Part shown: positions 1 to 8,543 of the stretch, piece by piece
How positions within the stretch are numbered: position 1 is the stretch's first letter
How the letters are laid out: every line of letters starts with the position of its first letter
Assembly (NCBI GenBank): GCA_027491395.1
Contig: JAOZFI010000024.1
Location: forward strand, 1 to 31,264
Origin: Thermoproteota archaeon
GTDB taxonomy: Archaea; Korarchaeota; Korarchaeia; Korarchaeales; Korarchaeaceae
Direction of reading: 5' to 3'
Length of the DNA stretch: 31,264 nucleotides
The notes under the pieces: generated by a model
What the model was told of the DNA's origin: nothing
What the model saw: only the letters and a program-made list of their open reading frames with translations
The model's database searches: none
Made by a program: the position numbers and the translations under genes

Positions 1-2
1 TG

Positions 3-425
3 CCTCATTTCGATACTTGGAGGACGGTTCTCCTCCTCAATTCGATCAGGGAGATCGTGAAACCGGAAGGGGCCGTTCTGATACATCATCTAGATCAGGT
101 CTACTGGGAGGGCTACTTGCATCCCTCCGGAGATGTCTATCCGTTCTTCCTCGAAGGGGACCTCACCCTGAGCCTCTTCAAGGGATACGATGTGAAGAGG
201 GGATCCTCTAGGAGGGTAGTCGTATCCCCTAGGACCGGCGAGATGGCGGACTACAACGTTTACCAGTGGAACGTCTCGTTAATGGCTGCATTGGTATGGA
301 TCTTCTTTGAGGATGTGGAGTACTTCCCTATACTGGAGGATGGGAGCGCGGGTATCATAATGGGTATCGGGCCGAGGTCTAGCTGGCACGTCGGCGACGT
401 GGTTCTACCTCCCCTGCTGGAATGA
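3..425 (+). CDS. 3' part of a gene entering from outside the window; possibly class I SAM-dependent methyltransferase
   Basis: The frame of ORF 57..425 is open back to position 3 (PHFDTWRTVLLLNSIREIVKPEGAVLIH). HF...l..i...vKPeG.vli resembles the 'LKPGG' region of class I methyltransferases. The SAM-binding motif I is not in the window. Confidence 0.45.
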   Translation, partial: PHFDTWRTVLLLNSIREIVKPEGAVLIHHLDQVYWEGYLHPSGDVYPFFLEGDLTLSLFKGYDVKRGSSRRVVVSPRTGEMADYNVYQWNVSLMAALVWIFFEDVEYFPILEDGSAGIIMGIGPRSSWHVGDVVLPPLLE

Positions 426-515
426 TATACGTGAACTCGCTGATCCTCTTGAACACCCACCCAAGGTCTAGCGTTGTAAGCCTCCTCTGAATTTTTGCCC
501 GAAAAGATGCGGATA

Positions 516-869
516 TTATTCCTTTCCTCCCCTCTCTTCGATCTCCTCAATTATGGATTCTAGTAACTGCTTGGCATCCCTCACAGCGATCTTGGCTTCA
601 CCTTCAGAAGTCATCTTGGATCGATAATCAGCTCTCTTCCTGAACTCGTAAAGGGCCATCATCTTGATCCTGAACTCGTCCCCCATCAGGTTCCCCAGAG
701 CGTTGGCCAGTTTGTCGTCCCTCCTAGCCCTCGACCGGGTCAGAAGTTCAGCGGCCATTCTGACCGAGAAATAGGCCGCACTGACTGCTTTATCGAAGCA
801 GCTCAACTCTAAATCCCTCACAGCCTGCTCAATGAGGAGTTTTGCCTTCATCAATGACATGTCGGGCAC
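516..869 (-). CDS. HEPN domain protein (UPF0332-like)
   Basis: A..l.eqA..dl...f.kAvsaAYfs N-terminal helix pattern and C-terminal RKRADY (R-x4-Y) followed by 'seeEA...v..A'. The GTG start directly follows the stop of 870..1193. Confidence 0.85.
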   Translation of the reverse strand: MPDMSLMKAKLLIEQAVRDLELSCFDKAVSAAYFSVRMAAELLTRSRARRDDKLANALGNLMGDEFRIKMMALYEFRKRADYRSKMTSEGEAKIAVRDAKQLLESIIEEIEERGGKE

Positions 870-1193
870 CTAGGTAATCGAGTAAGTCATCCCTTCCTCC
901 TCAAACTCGCTAACCACCGGTTCGTCCGGAGTTGCCACCGTCGGGCTCAGGACCCCATGGACCCCAGCTTTCCTCTCAGCCCTCACAGCCGCTTCCATGA
1001 TCCTGAGCACGAGCTCGTAGCTATACTCCCTGACGACCACGAGGACGTTGCTCTCGTATATCCGATCGTCAGGGGATGGGAGGGCTATGAGCTTCAGGAC
1101 GCCTGGAATCCTCTCCAACTCCAGCAGGAAGATGGAAAGCATCTCCCTCCAGTTTTTATCTGTAGTTAGATCTATCATAAGGGCGAGGCTCAT
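870..1193 (-). CDS. Degenerate minimal nucleotidyltransferase (MNT)-like protein, partner of the HEPN gene
   Basis: Size, position upstream of HEPN and topology (helix, strand, 'YESNVLVVV' strand, helix, 'lSP.v.tPdE', 'eeeG') match MNTs, but GS and DxD are absent. Start uncertain (1178, 1193 or 1226). Confidence 0.6.
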   Translation of the reverse strand: MSLALMIDLTTDKNWREMLSIFLLELERIPGVLKLIALPSPDDRIYESNVLVVVREYSYELVLRIMEAAVRAERKAGVHGVLSPTVATPDEPVVSEFEEEGMTYSIT

Positions 1194-1321
1194 CTGCTTG
1201 ATTAGTCCCCACACGATTAATAACATTACCTTGAGCTCGCACGGACGGCGCTGAGCGGGAAATGCGAGTTTTTACCTGTCAACGGTTATATCTTCTCGGG
1301 GAATTGAAGCTGGGTGAAGGA

Positions 1322-1588
1322 ATGAGGGTAAAGGAGATAATCGGGGAAAGGGTCATTGCCCTAGATGGGGAGCTCATAGGGGAGGTAGAGGACTTGGAGC
1401 TGGATGACGACTGGAGGGTTACGGGGCTGATAGTGGGCCTAGAAAGGGGTGTGGCCAAGAAGCTAGGTTCCAAGTTCGGTTTCAGGGCTAAAGGGAAGAT
1501 TCCGGTGGAGATCGTGAGGGGAACAAAGAACTACGTGACCCTCTCGCTGGGGGGCGATGATCTCTATTCCAAGATAGAGAAACTCTGA
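1322..1588 (+). CDS. PRC-barrel domain protein
   Basis: MRVKEIIGERVIALDGELIGEVEDLELD..wrV.gliv...IP.eiV matches the PRC-barrel pattern. ATG 1322 is preferred over 1262 because GGGTGAAGG lies just upstream and a TTATAT box sits near 1286. Confidence 0.85.
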   Translation: MRVKEIIGERVIALDGELIGEVEDLELDDDWRVTGLIVGLERGVAKKLGSKFGFRAKGKIPVEIVRGTKNYVTLSLGGDDLYSKIEKL

Positions 1589-1634
1589 TCCCACCTAACG
1601 AATAAAAGTTCCTTTCTCCTCTATCATCCGGTGC

Positions 1635-4289
1635 ATGTCGTTGAAGAAGCTGGTATACACGTATGACGAGGCGGATCCCCGGAACCGGAAGCTGCTGGGT
1701 GGCAAGGGGGCTGGTCTAGTTTTGATGTACAAGCAGGGCCTCCCTGTGCCTCCCGGATTCACTATAACCACGGAAGCCTGCAGGGAGTTCTACAGGAGGG
1801 GTGAAAGACTCCCTGAGGGCCTGATGGATCAGGTAAGGGAGGCTATGAGGTGGCTGGAGTCCAAGACGGGAAAGAGGTTCGGTGACCCATCCAATCCCCT
1901 GCTGGTGTCGGTGAGGAGCGGCGCTCCGGTATCCATGCCCGGGATGATGGACACCATACTCAACTTGGGGATCAACGACAAGATCGTCGAGTCTTTGGCT
2001 AGGATGACGGGGGATGAGAGGTTCGCCTACGATGTTTACAGACGCTTCCTCCAGATGTTCGGTACCACGGTCCTCGGGTTGGATAAGAAGGTGTTCGACG
2101 AGATACTAGAAGAGGTCAAGGCCCGCAGGGGTGCGAAGAGCGATGCCGATCTGACCGCGGAGGACCTGAAGGAGGTGGTGAGGAGGTACAAGGAGGTGCT
2201 GGGTGACCGATTCCCACAGGATCCATGGAAGCAGCTTGAACTCGCCATAGAGGCTGTCTTCAGATCGTGGAATTCGCCGAGGGCAGTTTACTACAGGAAG
2301 GCCAACAAGATAACTCCGGATATAGCGGATGGAACTGCCGTGAATGTCGTTGCCATGGTGTACGGGAACATGGGCTGGGACTCTGGCACTGGCGTGCTGT
2401 TCACTAGGGATCCGGCTACTGGTGAGGACGTGCTGTACGGCGAGTTCCTGCCGAATGCCCAGGGAGAGGATGTGGTGGCGGGAATAAGGACGCCAAAAAG
2501 CATAGATGATCTGAGGAGGGAGAGGCCGGATCTCTACCAGCAGCTGTACGAGATGGCGAAGAAGCTAGAGAGGTTGAAGAAGGAGGTTCAGGATATAGAG
2601 TTCACTATAGAGAAGGGAAAGGTCTACCTGTTGCAGACGAGGAACGGGAAGATGACTCCGCTGGCTAGAGTCAGGACCGCGGTCGCGATGGTCAAGAAGG
2701 GCCTGATCACAAAGGAGGAGGCTCTAGCGAGGGTGAAACCCGAACATATAACAGGGCTCCTCTATCCCAGGATAGACGAGAAGTATTTGAGGGAGAAGGG
2801 TATTCAGCCGATTGCCAAGGGGTTGAACGCATCGCCGGGAGCGGCAACTGGTAGGGTGGTATTCGATGCCGACACTGCCGTCGAGTGGGCCGAGAGGGGA
2901 GAGAAGGTCATACTGGTCAGGAAGGAAACCAAGCCGGATGATGTGCATGGCTTCTACGCGGCTCAAGGGGTGCTCACCAGCAGGGGAGGGATGACGAGCC
3001 ACGCCTCGGTGGTTGCGAGGGCCATCGGGAAGCCGGCCGTGGTAGGCGCCGAGGACATAAGGATAGATCACGAGAGGAGGGAGTTCCGCGTCGGCGATGT
3101 CGTGGTTAGAGAGGGCGACGTCATAACAATAGACGGCTTCACCGGCAACGTCTACCTGGGGGAGATACCCACTGCCAAGACGGAGCTGCCCAGTGAATTC
3201 TTCGAGCTACTCGGATGGGCTGATGAGGTGAGGAGACTTGGCGTGAGAGCCAATGCCGACACGCCCGAGGATGCGAGAATAGCTAGGGAGTTTGGAGCGG
3301 AGGGGATAGGACTTCTCAGGACGGAGAGGATGTTCAGGCAGCCTGAAAGATTGGAGATCTTCCAGCGCGTGATAATGGCCAGGGATGAGAGTGAGAGAAG
3401 GGAGGCTCTGAAGGAACTCGTTCCCCACCTCAAGAGGGATTTCCTAGAGATATTCAGGGTCATGGAGGGATTGAAGGTTACGGTCAGGCTATTCGATCCA
3501 CCGTTGCACGAGTTCCTCCCCAGCCCGGAGGAGTTACTCGAGAGGATATGCGAGGCAAGGCTGAAGGGAGATGAAGACGAAGTGGAGAGACTGGAAGAGG
3601 TGTTGAAGAGGGTCAGGGAGCTCAAGGAGGCCAATCCCATGATGGGACATAGGGGCGTGAGGCTCGGCGTCACCAACCCCGAGATATACGAGGCTCAAAC
3701 TAGGGCCATAGCTGAGGCTTACCTCGATCTGAGGAGGGAGGGCAAGGACCTCCACCTCCAGATAATGATACCCCAAGTCTGCGACTTCAGGGAGATAAGG
3801 TACGTGAAGGAGCACGCTATTGAGCCTGTGCTGGAGGAGCTGGGCGTTAAAGCTGCGATAGGCACCATGATTGAGGTGGTCAGGGCCTGCCTCACCGCTG
3901 ACAAGATCGCCAAGGAGGCGGAATTCTTCAGCTTCGGGACCAACGACCTGACCCAGGGCACCTTCACCTTCAGCAGGGACGACGTGGAGAACAAGTTCAT
4001 GCACGACTACTTGGAGAAGGGGATACTGGACTTCGACGTCTTCCAGTCCCTCGATTTCGAGGGAGTGGGCGAGCTGATGAGGATAGCTGTGGAGAAGGGC
4101 AGAGGAGCTAATCCTAACCTGGAGATAGGTATATGCGGAGAGCACGGCGGGGATCCTAGAAGTATAGAGTTCTGCCACCGCATCGGCCTAGACTACGTGA
4201 GCGCCTCCCCTTACAGGATGCCTGTAGCCAGGCTTGCCGCGGCCCATGCGGTTTTGAGGGAGAAGGGAGTAGAGTTCCCCGCTTACTGA
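1635..4289 (+). CDS. ppdK: Pyruvate, phosphate dikinase
   Basis: 884 aa; LLGGKGAGL, PLLVSVRSGA.vSMPGMMDTILNLG, NAQGEDVVAGIRTP, phospho-His motif GGMTSHASVVAR, FFSFGTNDLTQ, GICGEHGGDP. Confidence 0.98.
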   Translation: MSLKKLVYTYDEADPRNRKLLGGKGAGLVLMYKQGLPVPPGFTITTEACREFYRRGERLPEGLMDQVREAMRWLESKTGKRFGDPSNPLLVSVRSGAPVSMPGMMDTILNLGINDKIVESLARMTGDERFAYDVYRRFLQMFGTTVLGLDKKVFDEILEEVKARRGAKSDADLTAEDLKEVVRRYKEVLGDRFPQDPWKQLELAIEAVFRSWNSPRAVYYRKANKITPDIADGTAVNVVAMVYGNMGWDSGTGVLFTRDPATGEDVLYGEFLPNAQGEDVVAGIRTPKSIDDLRRERPDLYQQLYEMAKKLERLKKEVQDIEFTIEKGKVYLLQTRNGKMTPLARVRTAVAMVKKGLITKEEALARVKPEHITGLLYPRIDEKYLREKGIQPIAKGLNASPGAATGRVVFDADTAVEWAERGEKVILVRKETKPDDVHGFYAAQGVLTSRGGMTSHASVVARAIGKPAVVGAEDIRIDHERREFRVGDVVVREGDVITIDGFTGNVYLGEIPTAKTELPSEFFELLGWADEVRRLGVRANADTPEDARIAREFGAEGIGLLRTERMFRQPERLEIFQRVIMARDESERREALKELVPHLKRDFLEIFRVMEGLKVTVRLFDPPLHEFLPSPEELLERICEARLKGDEDEVERLEEVLKRVRELKEANPMMGHRGVRLGVTNPEIYEAQTRAIAEAYLDLRREGKDLHLQIMIPQVCDFREIRYVKEHAIEPVLEELGVKAAIGTMIEVVRACLTADKIAKEAEFFSFGTNDLTQGTFTFSRDDVENKFMHDYLEKGILDFDVFQSLDFEGVGELMRIAVEKGRGANPNLEIGICGEHGGDPRSIEFCHRIGLDYVSASPYRMPVARLAAAHAVLREKGVEFPAY

Positions 4290-6461
4290 TCCTCCCTTTT
4301 CTTCCCGCCTGCTCTCCCACCTGCTTCTGATTCTCCCCTCAGGGAACTCTCCCCGTTTGGAGGCTGACCTGAGACGTAACCATGTACCCAGAAGGAAAGC
4401 CAGTAGCACGACACCCACGATCCCAAAAGCGGTGGGTATCCGCTCCCGCGATGCTAGCACCGACACCCGCGTGGGCCGCACCGTGGTGCCTGAACTTGGG
4501 AGCACTGCTTCAGACACGCCCCTCTCTTCAGCTTTCACTCCCGTTCCCCGTATCTCGATCTCCCCTACTGTCAAGAGCGCTAGGGCAGGTCCCCTTGGCC
4601 CGCAGAACAGGCCATCTATTCCCCCTTCCAGTTCCCTGACCTGCTTCAGGGAGCCGTCATTAGCAAGCGAGTACACCTTACCTGTGATGTCTCCCAGCAA
4701 CATTCCCTCCTCGCCCGCGCACAGTCCACGCCACCAAACTGGGTACTTATTTAGATCGAAATCCTTGGACCAGATGATCTCTCCTGTCGACATGTTCATT
4801 CGCAACAACTCAAAGGCGGTTCCACCGCTCCTGTAAATGTAGAGTAGTGCGTCATTCTCTCTGACGGGAATGAAATTTGAGAGGTTTCCATCGATCCTGA
4901 ACGACCTTACTATGGTGCCGTTTGTGGAGAGCAGGTAAGCTGTCCCCTCACCGGTTGACAGGAGGTATCGGTTGCGCAAGGTGACCAGCATGTTCGGATA
5001 TGAGTCCAGATTGAACTTCCACTTAATCTCGCCCCTCAGGGATGTGAGAAATACCTCCTTCCCGGAGGTGAAGATTATCTCCCGCCAGTCGGGTGAGGGA
5101 AGGGCCAATGGTTCGTCGCACGACTTAGCGAAGAGGGCTTCAGCGCTCCCGTTCGAGTTCTCGTAGACAAAAATCGTGTCATCGTCGAAGATGGCTAGGA
5201 GGTACCTAGCATCGTCCGATGAGAATGCACACTCGGGGGACGCGACCTCCCTATTTACCCTCCAGACGACTGATCCATCCGTCGAGTTAAGGACCAGAAC
5301 GGTGCCGTTTATAAGGGAGGCCGTCACCACCCCGCCCAAATATGAGAATCGAATCGAATTGGGAAAGTCGAAGAGCCCGTAGGGCAGGAGAAGGGACCAT
5401 TTCCTTCCATTGACATCGTAAACGGAGATCTTTCCTATGGAACCGACGGCTACCGCGACCCCCTCATCGTAGAGGAGCTCATCGACCTGCATACAGGGAT
5501 CCATGAGCATCCCCTCATCTCCGAGCTCCCTGACCGTCTCATCGAGGGAGTATATGGTTCTAGAGTCCCCCCACAGGATTATTTGGATCCCATCCGGCGA
5601 TGTCCTTATCCCTCTGACGAAAAACGGCTTCCTGAACTCCTCAACCGTGTCTCCTGATTCATCTAATATCAGAACTCGGGTGCCGTTCCCCGTGGGTATA
5701 GTGACGGCCATCCTCCTGTGATCGGGGAGGAAGGTTCCCCCGAGTATTATACCATGGAAACTCTGGGACCAGATCTCGTCTCATGAGGGGGGGTAAAGGG
5801 TCACCGTGTTCATTTGTATGATCGCGTAGTATCCCTCGTCGTCCACTAAGGGCTCCATGGTGAAAACCTCCTTGAAGTGAGGGTCCCTCTCACCTGTGGT
5901 GGTGTTGAACACCGTCAGCACGTAATCCTCCAGCACAGCCAGATACTTGCCCTTGGGAGAGTGATAAGCTCCGTCCACGCTTTTCAGGATCTTCTGCCAG
6001 AGGATCTTCCCGTCACCCCCGGAGAAGCCTGCTATGTACCTGTCTCCCTCCCAAGCGACGACAACGATGCGACCATCGGGGGATATCTTGATGGGATAGA
6101 TCATCCAGCAGTGCACTTTGTGGGGATTTTCCCTGCTCCAGATCACCTTTCCCTCCGGAGAGAGGACTGAAATCCTCTCCTCCGAGAGCACGGCCACCTT
6201 ACTGTCCTCGGATATATCTATGTAGGCGCACTTCGTCGCGTTAGTCACTTTGACCCTCCAGAGCTCCCTTCCGTCTGGCGATAGCAGGTGAGCGTAACCC
6301 AAGAAGTCTGTGTAGGCTAAGTACCCGGAGGAGGACACGGCAGCGCTGATCACCCTTCCCGTGATCTTAAGGGTGCTCGATCCAGCGTTGGCGGGAATGG
6401 GTGATATCAGCGCCATAAACGTCAAGGAAAGGAGGAAGTAGGCGTATATTTTCCCCCTCAT
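4188..6461 (-). pseudogene. Exported, C-terminally anchored PQQ/WD40-like beta-propeller protein, interrupted by one in-frame TGA (5781-5783)
   Basis: ORFs 5781..6461 and 4188..5711 share a frame, and the 23 intervening codons are open (DEIWSQSFHGIILGGTFLPDHRR). N-terminal signal peptide, repeated 'dG..lW' blades (SPDGRELW, SPEGKVIW, GGDGKILW, TDGSVVW, RGEIKW, TGEIIW), and a C-terminal TM helix followed by basic residues. Confidence 0.8.
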
Positions 6462-6502
6462 CGGATAAGCTGATCAGTTTTATCTTAAAAATCTTTACTG
6501 AT

Positions 6503-6539
6503 ATATGATGCTTCCGTTAATCAAAAGGAAGCCTCATAT
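6503..6539. promoter_or_regulatory. Inverted repeat in the divergent intergenic region
   Basis: ATATGAtGCTTCC-N11-GGAAGCcTCATAT, 12 of 13 positions complementary. Confidence 0.45.
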
Positions 6540-6626
6540 GTGAGCCTGGGGGAACGACCTAGCTGACCGACGTTCTAGAATGGGCGGGGTTTTAAGCTGA
6601 GATCTACAGACGGACGGGGGATCCAT

Positions 6627-7412
6627 CTGGACCTAATATGGGCCGCGCTGCTCGGTGCCTTGCAGGGAGTGACTGAGTGGCTGCCAGTGAGCAGCTCTGG
6701 ACACCTAGTCATAGTTCAGAGGGTGATATCCTACGAGTCCGTGTTCTTCGACGCCATGGTGCACGGGGGAACCCTCCTAGCAGTTATAGTGGTCTTCAGG
6801 GCGGAGGTGCTGGGACTCATGAGGGGTCTCCTCTCCTTACCCCTAGCAACTATCACTCACAGATCCCTTACCCCTGAGGAGAGGCTCGCTTGGTACACAT
6901 TGGTGGGCACCGTACCGATCGTTTTGGCTGGTCTCCTGCTTGCCGATGCGGTCGAGGCGATGTTCTCCAACCCCGAAATCGCGGGGATAGGCTTGTTCAT
7001 CACGGGATTCCTCCTGCTCGCCACCAAGCGCTCCAAGGAGGGTAAATCCTTAGATCTGAGGACCTCCCTGATCGTGGGGCTCGCCCAAGCCGCGGCGATA
7101 GTCCCGGGGATCTCGAGGTCCGGTAGCACGATTTCCGCCGGCATGATCAGTGGACTGAAGAGGGATGAGGCCGTCACATTCTCCTTCCTGCTGTCCGTCC
7201 CGGCTATAGCCGGAGCGTTGACTCTAGAGGTTATAAGATCTCCACTTAGAGAGGTGATGGCGCCCGCAAACCTCGTGGGATTCGTCAGCTCGTTCGCTGT
7301 CGGGGTGATCGCCATCAAGGCCCTGCTCGCGGTGATCAGGAGGAGGGAGTTCCACCTCTTCGCTTACTACTGCTTCGCGCTCGGATTGGTGGTTCTCCTT
7401 CTAATGAATTGA
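6627..7412 (+). CDS. uppP: Undecaprenyl/polyprenyl-diphosphate phosphatase (BacA/UppP family), probable CTG start
   Basis: QGVTEWLPVSSSGH, vHgGTLlAv, PGISRSGSTI, FSFLLSVPA. The family-like N-terminus continues upstream of the called TTG (6660) to CTG 6627: (M)DLIWAALLGALQG. Confidence 0.93.
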   Translation: MDLIWAALLGALQGVTEWLPVSSSGHLVIVQRVISYESVFFDAMVHGGTLLAVIVVFRAEVLGLMRGLLSLPLATITHRSLTPEERLAWYTLVGTVPIVLAGLLLADAVEAMFSNPEIAGIGLFITGFLLLATKRSKEGKSLDLRTSLIVGLAQAAAIVPGISRSGSTISAGMISGLKRDEAVTFSFLLSVPAIAGALTLEVIRSPLREVMAPANLVGFVSSFAVGVIAIKALLAVIRRREFHLFAYYCFALGLVVLLLMN

Positions 7413-7535
7413 GAGGATTTGGTGAATCGACACATCCACCCCCACGCGCGAGCAGCGAAGATCTCCGTCTCGAAATCCTCCTGGATCTAGTGAGCTGAAT
7501 AGTCGCCGACCGTTCTCCTTGGTTCAAGTCTACTG

Positions 7536-7568
7536 GTAAACAATAAATGTTAACACTTACAGTTAACA
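7536..7568. promoter_or_regulatory. Putative antitoxin operator array upstream of vapBC
   Basis: GTAAACA (7536), GTTAACA (7549) and GTTAACA (7562) at exact 13-nt spacing; includes the perfect inverted repeat TGTTAAC-N7-GTTAACA. Confidence 0.65.
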
Positions 7569-7580
7569 ACCGGTGTGGAC

Positions 7581-7805
7581 ATGAGCGCGGTGATAGGAGT
7601 AAGGGTTCCGAAGAAGCTCAAGGAGGAGCTGGAAAAGTTGGAGATCAACTATTCAGAGGAAATCAGGAAATTTCTGGAGGATTTAGTCAGGAGAAAGAGG
7701 GCAGAGAGAATAATGAGGAGATTAAGGGAATTGGAGAGGTCCGTCGGGAGGGTGGAGGGTAATCTATCCGTTGAACTCGTGAGAGAAGATAGGGAGGACA
7801 GATGA
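7581..7805 (+). CDS. vapB: VapB-type antitoxin, ribbon-helix-helix (CopG-like)
   Basis: MSAVIGVRVPKKLKEELEKL..NYSEEIRKFLE (strand-helix-helix) and C-terminal 'SVELVREDRE' typical of archaeal VapB; ATGA overlap with the PIN gene. Confidence 0.85.
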   Translation: MSAVIGVRVPKKLKEELEKLEINYSEEIRKFLEDLVRRKRAERIMRRLRELERSVGRVEGNLSVELVREDREDR

Positions 7806-8242
7806 ATGGAAAGAGAATCGTTGTCGACTCCAACATCTTGGTGAAATGGTTCATTCCGGAGGATTACCACGAGGAGGCAAAGGCCCTTCTGGAGGACCAT
7901 CTATACGGGAGGGTAGAGGTAGTCATACCACGATACGCTGTTCTTGAATTCGCGAATGTGTTGAGGAAGTACCGGGTCAGGGGGATCATTGGAGAAAGGG
8001 AAATGAGGGAGGCGTTCGACCTCCTCGTGGAGTCCGCCCCGGTGATGATAGAGGAGAACGAGGAACTCGTGAGAAAGGCGCTGGACTATTCCTTAGAGAG
8101 GGGTCTCACTGTGTATGATGCCTACTACATGGTGCTGGCCCGCGAGCTTGGGGCTATCCTATATACAGCGGATGAGAGGGTCGTTCGTCAACTGGTAGGG
8201 GAGGAATCCTCCCTTAAGCACATTAGTGAGTATGTAGATTGA
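7802..8242 (+). CDS. vapC: VapC toxin, PIN-domain ribonuclease
   Basis: IVVDSNILVKW, E(FAN), TVYDAYY, LYTADE: all PIN acidic residues present. Confidence 0.93.
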   Translation: MNGKRIVVDSNILVKWFIPEDYHEEAKALLEDHLYGRVEVVIPRYAVLEFANVLRKYRVRGIIGEREMREAFDLLVESAPVMIEENEELVRKALDYSLERGLTVYDAYYMVLARELGAILYTADERVVRQLVGEESSLKHISEYVD

Positions 8243-8379
8243 CCTTAAACACCCAAGAGGAAAGTTCACAAGGGTTTTCTCTGCATGCGGGATCCAAGAT
8301 ATTCTCGGTCGTGTAAGTCATCGTGGGAATCTGGCCTTGATGCATACTCCGACGGGAGCAGGGTGGCGCCTGCGTGGAG

Positions 8380-8394
8380 CGTAAAATATTTCAA
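8380..8394 (+). promoter_or_regulatory. Putative BRE/TATA promoter of the TPP riboswitch-thiB transcript
   Basis: AT-rich CGTAAAATATTTCAA in GC-rich surroundings, about 25-30 nt upstream of riboswitch P1. Confidence 0.5.
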
Positions 8395-8416
8395 GGTTTA
8401 CCGACGTTAAGGTATG

Positions 8417-8521
8417 GCGGGCACCGGGGGAGCTGGGGAGAACCCGGCTGAGAGGGCGGCTAGCCTGCCGCCGACCCCTCGAACCTGATCCGGGTAATGC
8501 CGGCGTAGGGAGCGTGCCCGC
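8417..8521 (+). ncRNA. TPP riboswitch (THI element) aptamer
   Basis: P1 GCGGGCAC 8417-8424 / GTGCCCGC 8514-8521; GGGG..GCTGAGA (8447-8453); stems GCTGGG/CCCGGC and GGCGGC/GCCGCC; ACCC; GAACCTGATCCGGGTAATGCCGGCGTAGGGA (8481-8511). Lies directly upstream of a thiamine-binding protein gene. Confidence 0.97.
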
Positions 8522-8543
8522 GGCAGCTCCTTATGCTGGCGGC

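Noticed and set aside
1635-4289. Long antisense and alternate-frame ORFs inside ppdK and other genes (for example 3152..3676, 3534..4178, 11255..11872, 26029..26979)
   Set aside because: Shadow ORFs: Ser/Leu/Pro-rich translations expected from the reverse complement of purine-rich or Gly-rich coding strands.
5781-5783. Selenocysteine or genome-wide UGA=Gly recoding as the explanation for the in-frame TGA
   Set aside because: The position corresponds to a structural Gly, not a catalytic Cys; no SECIS was recognised; TGA is the genuine stop of many intact genes here (ppdK, uppP, vapC, thiB, thiQ).
7413-7480. Region closed by an 8-bp stem (GAGGATTT/AAATCCTC), superficially cloverleaf-like
   Set aside because: No T-loop (GTTCRA) or anticodon arm inside the stem; internal stems are only 3-4 bp.
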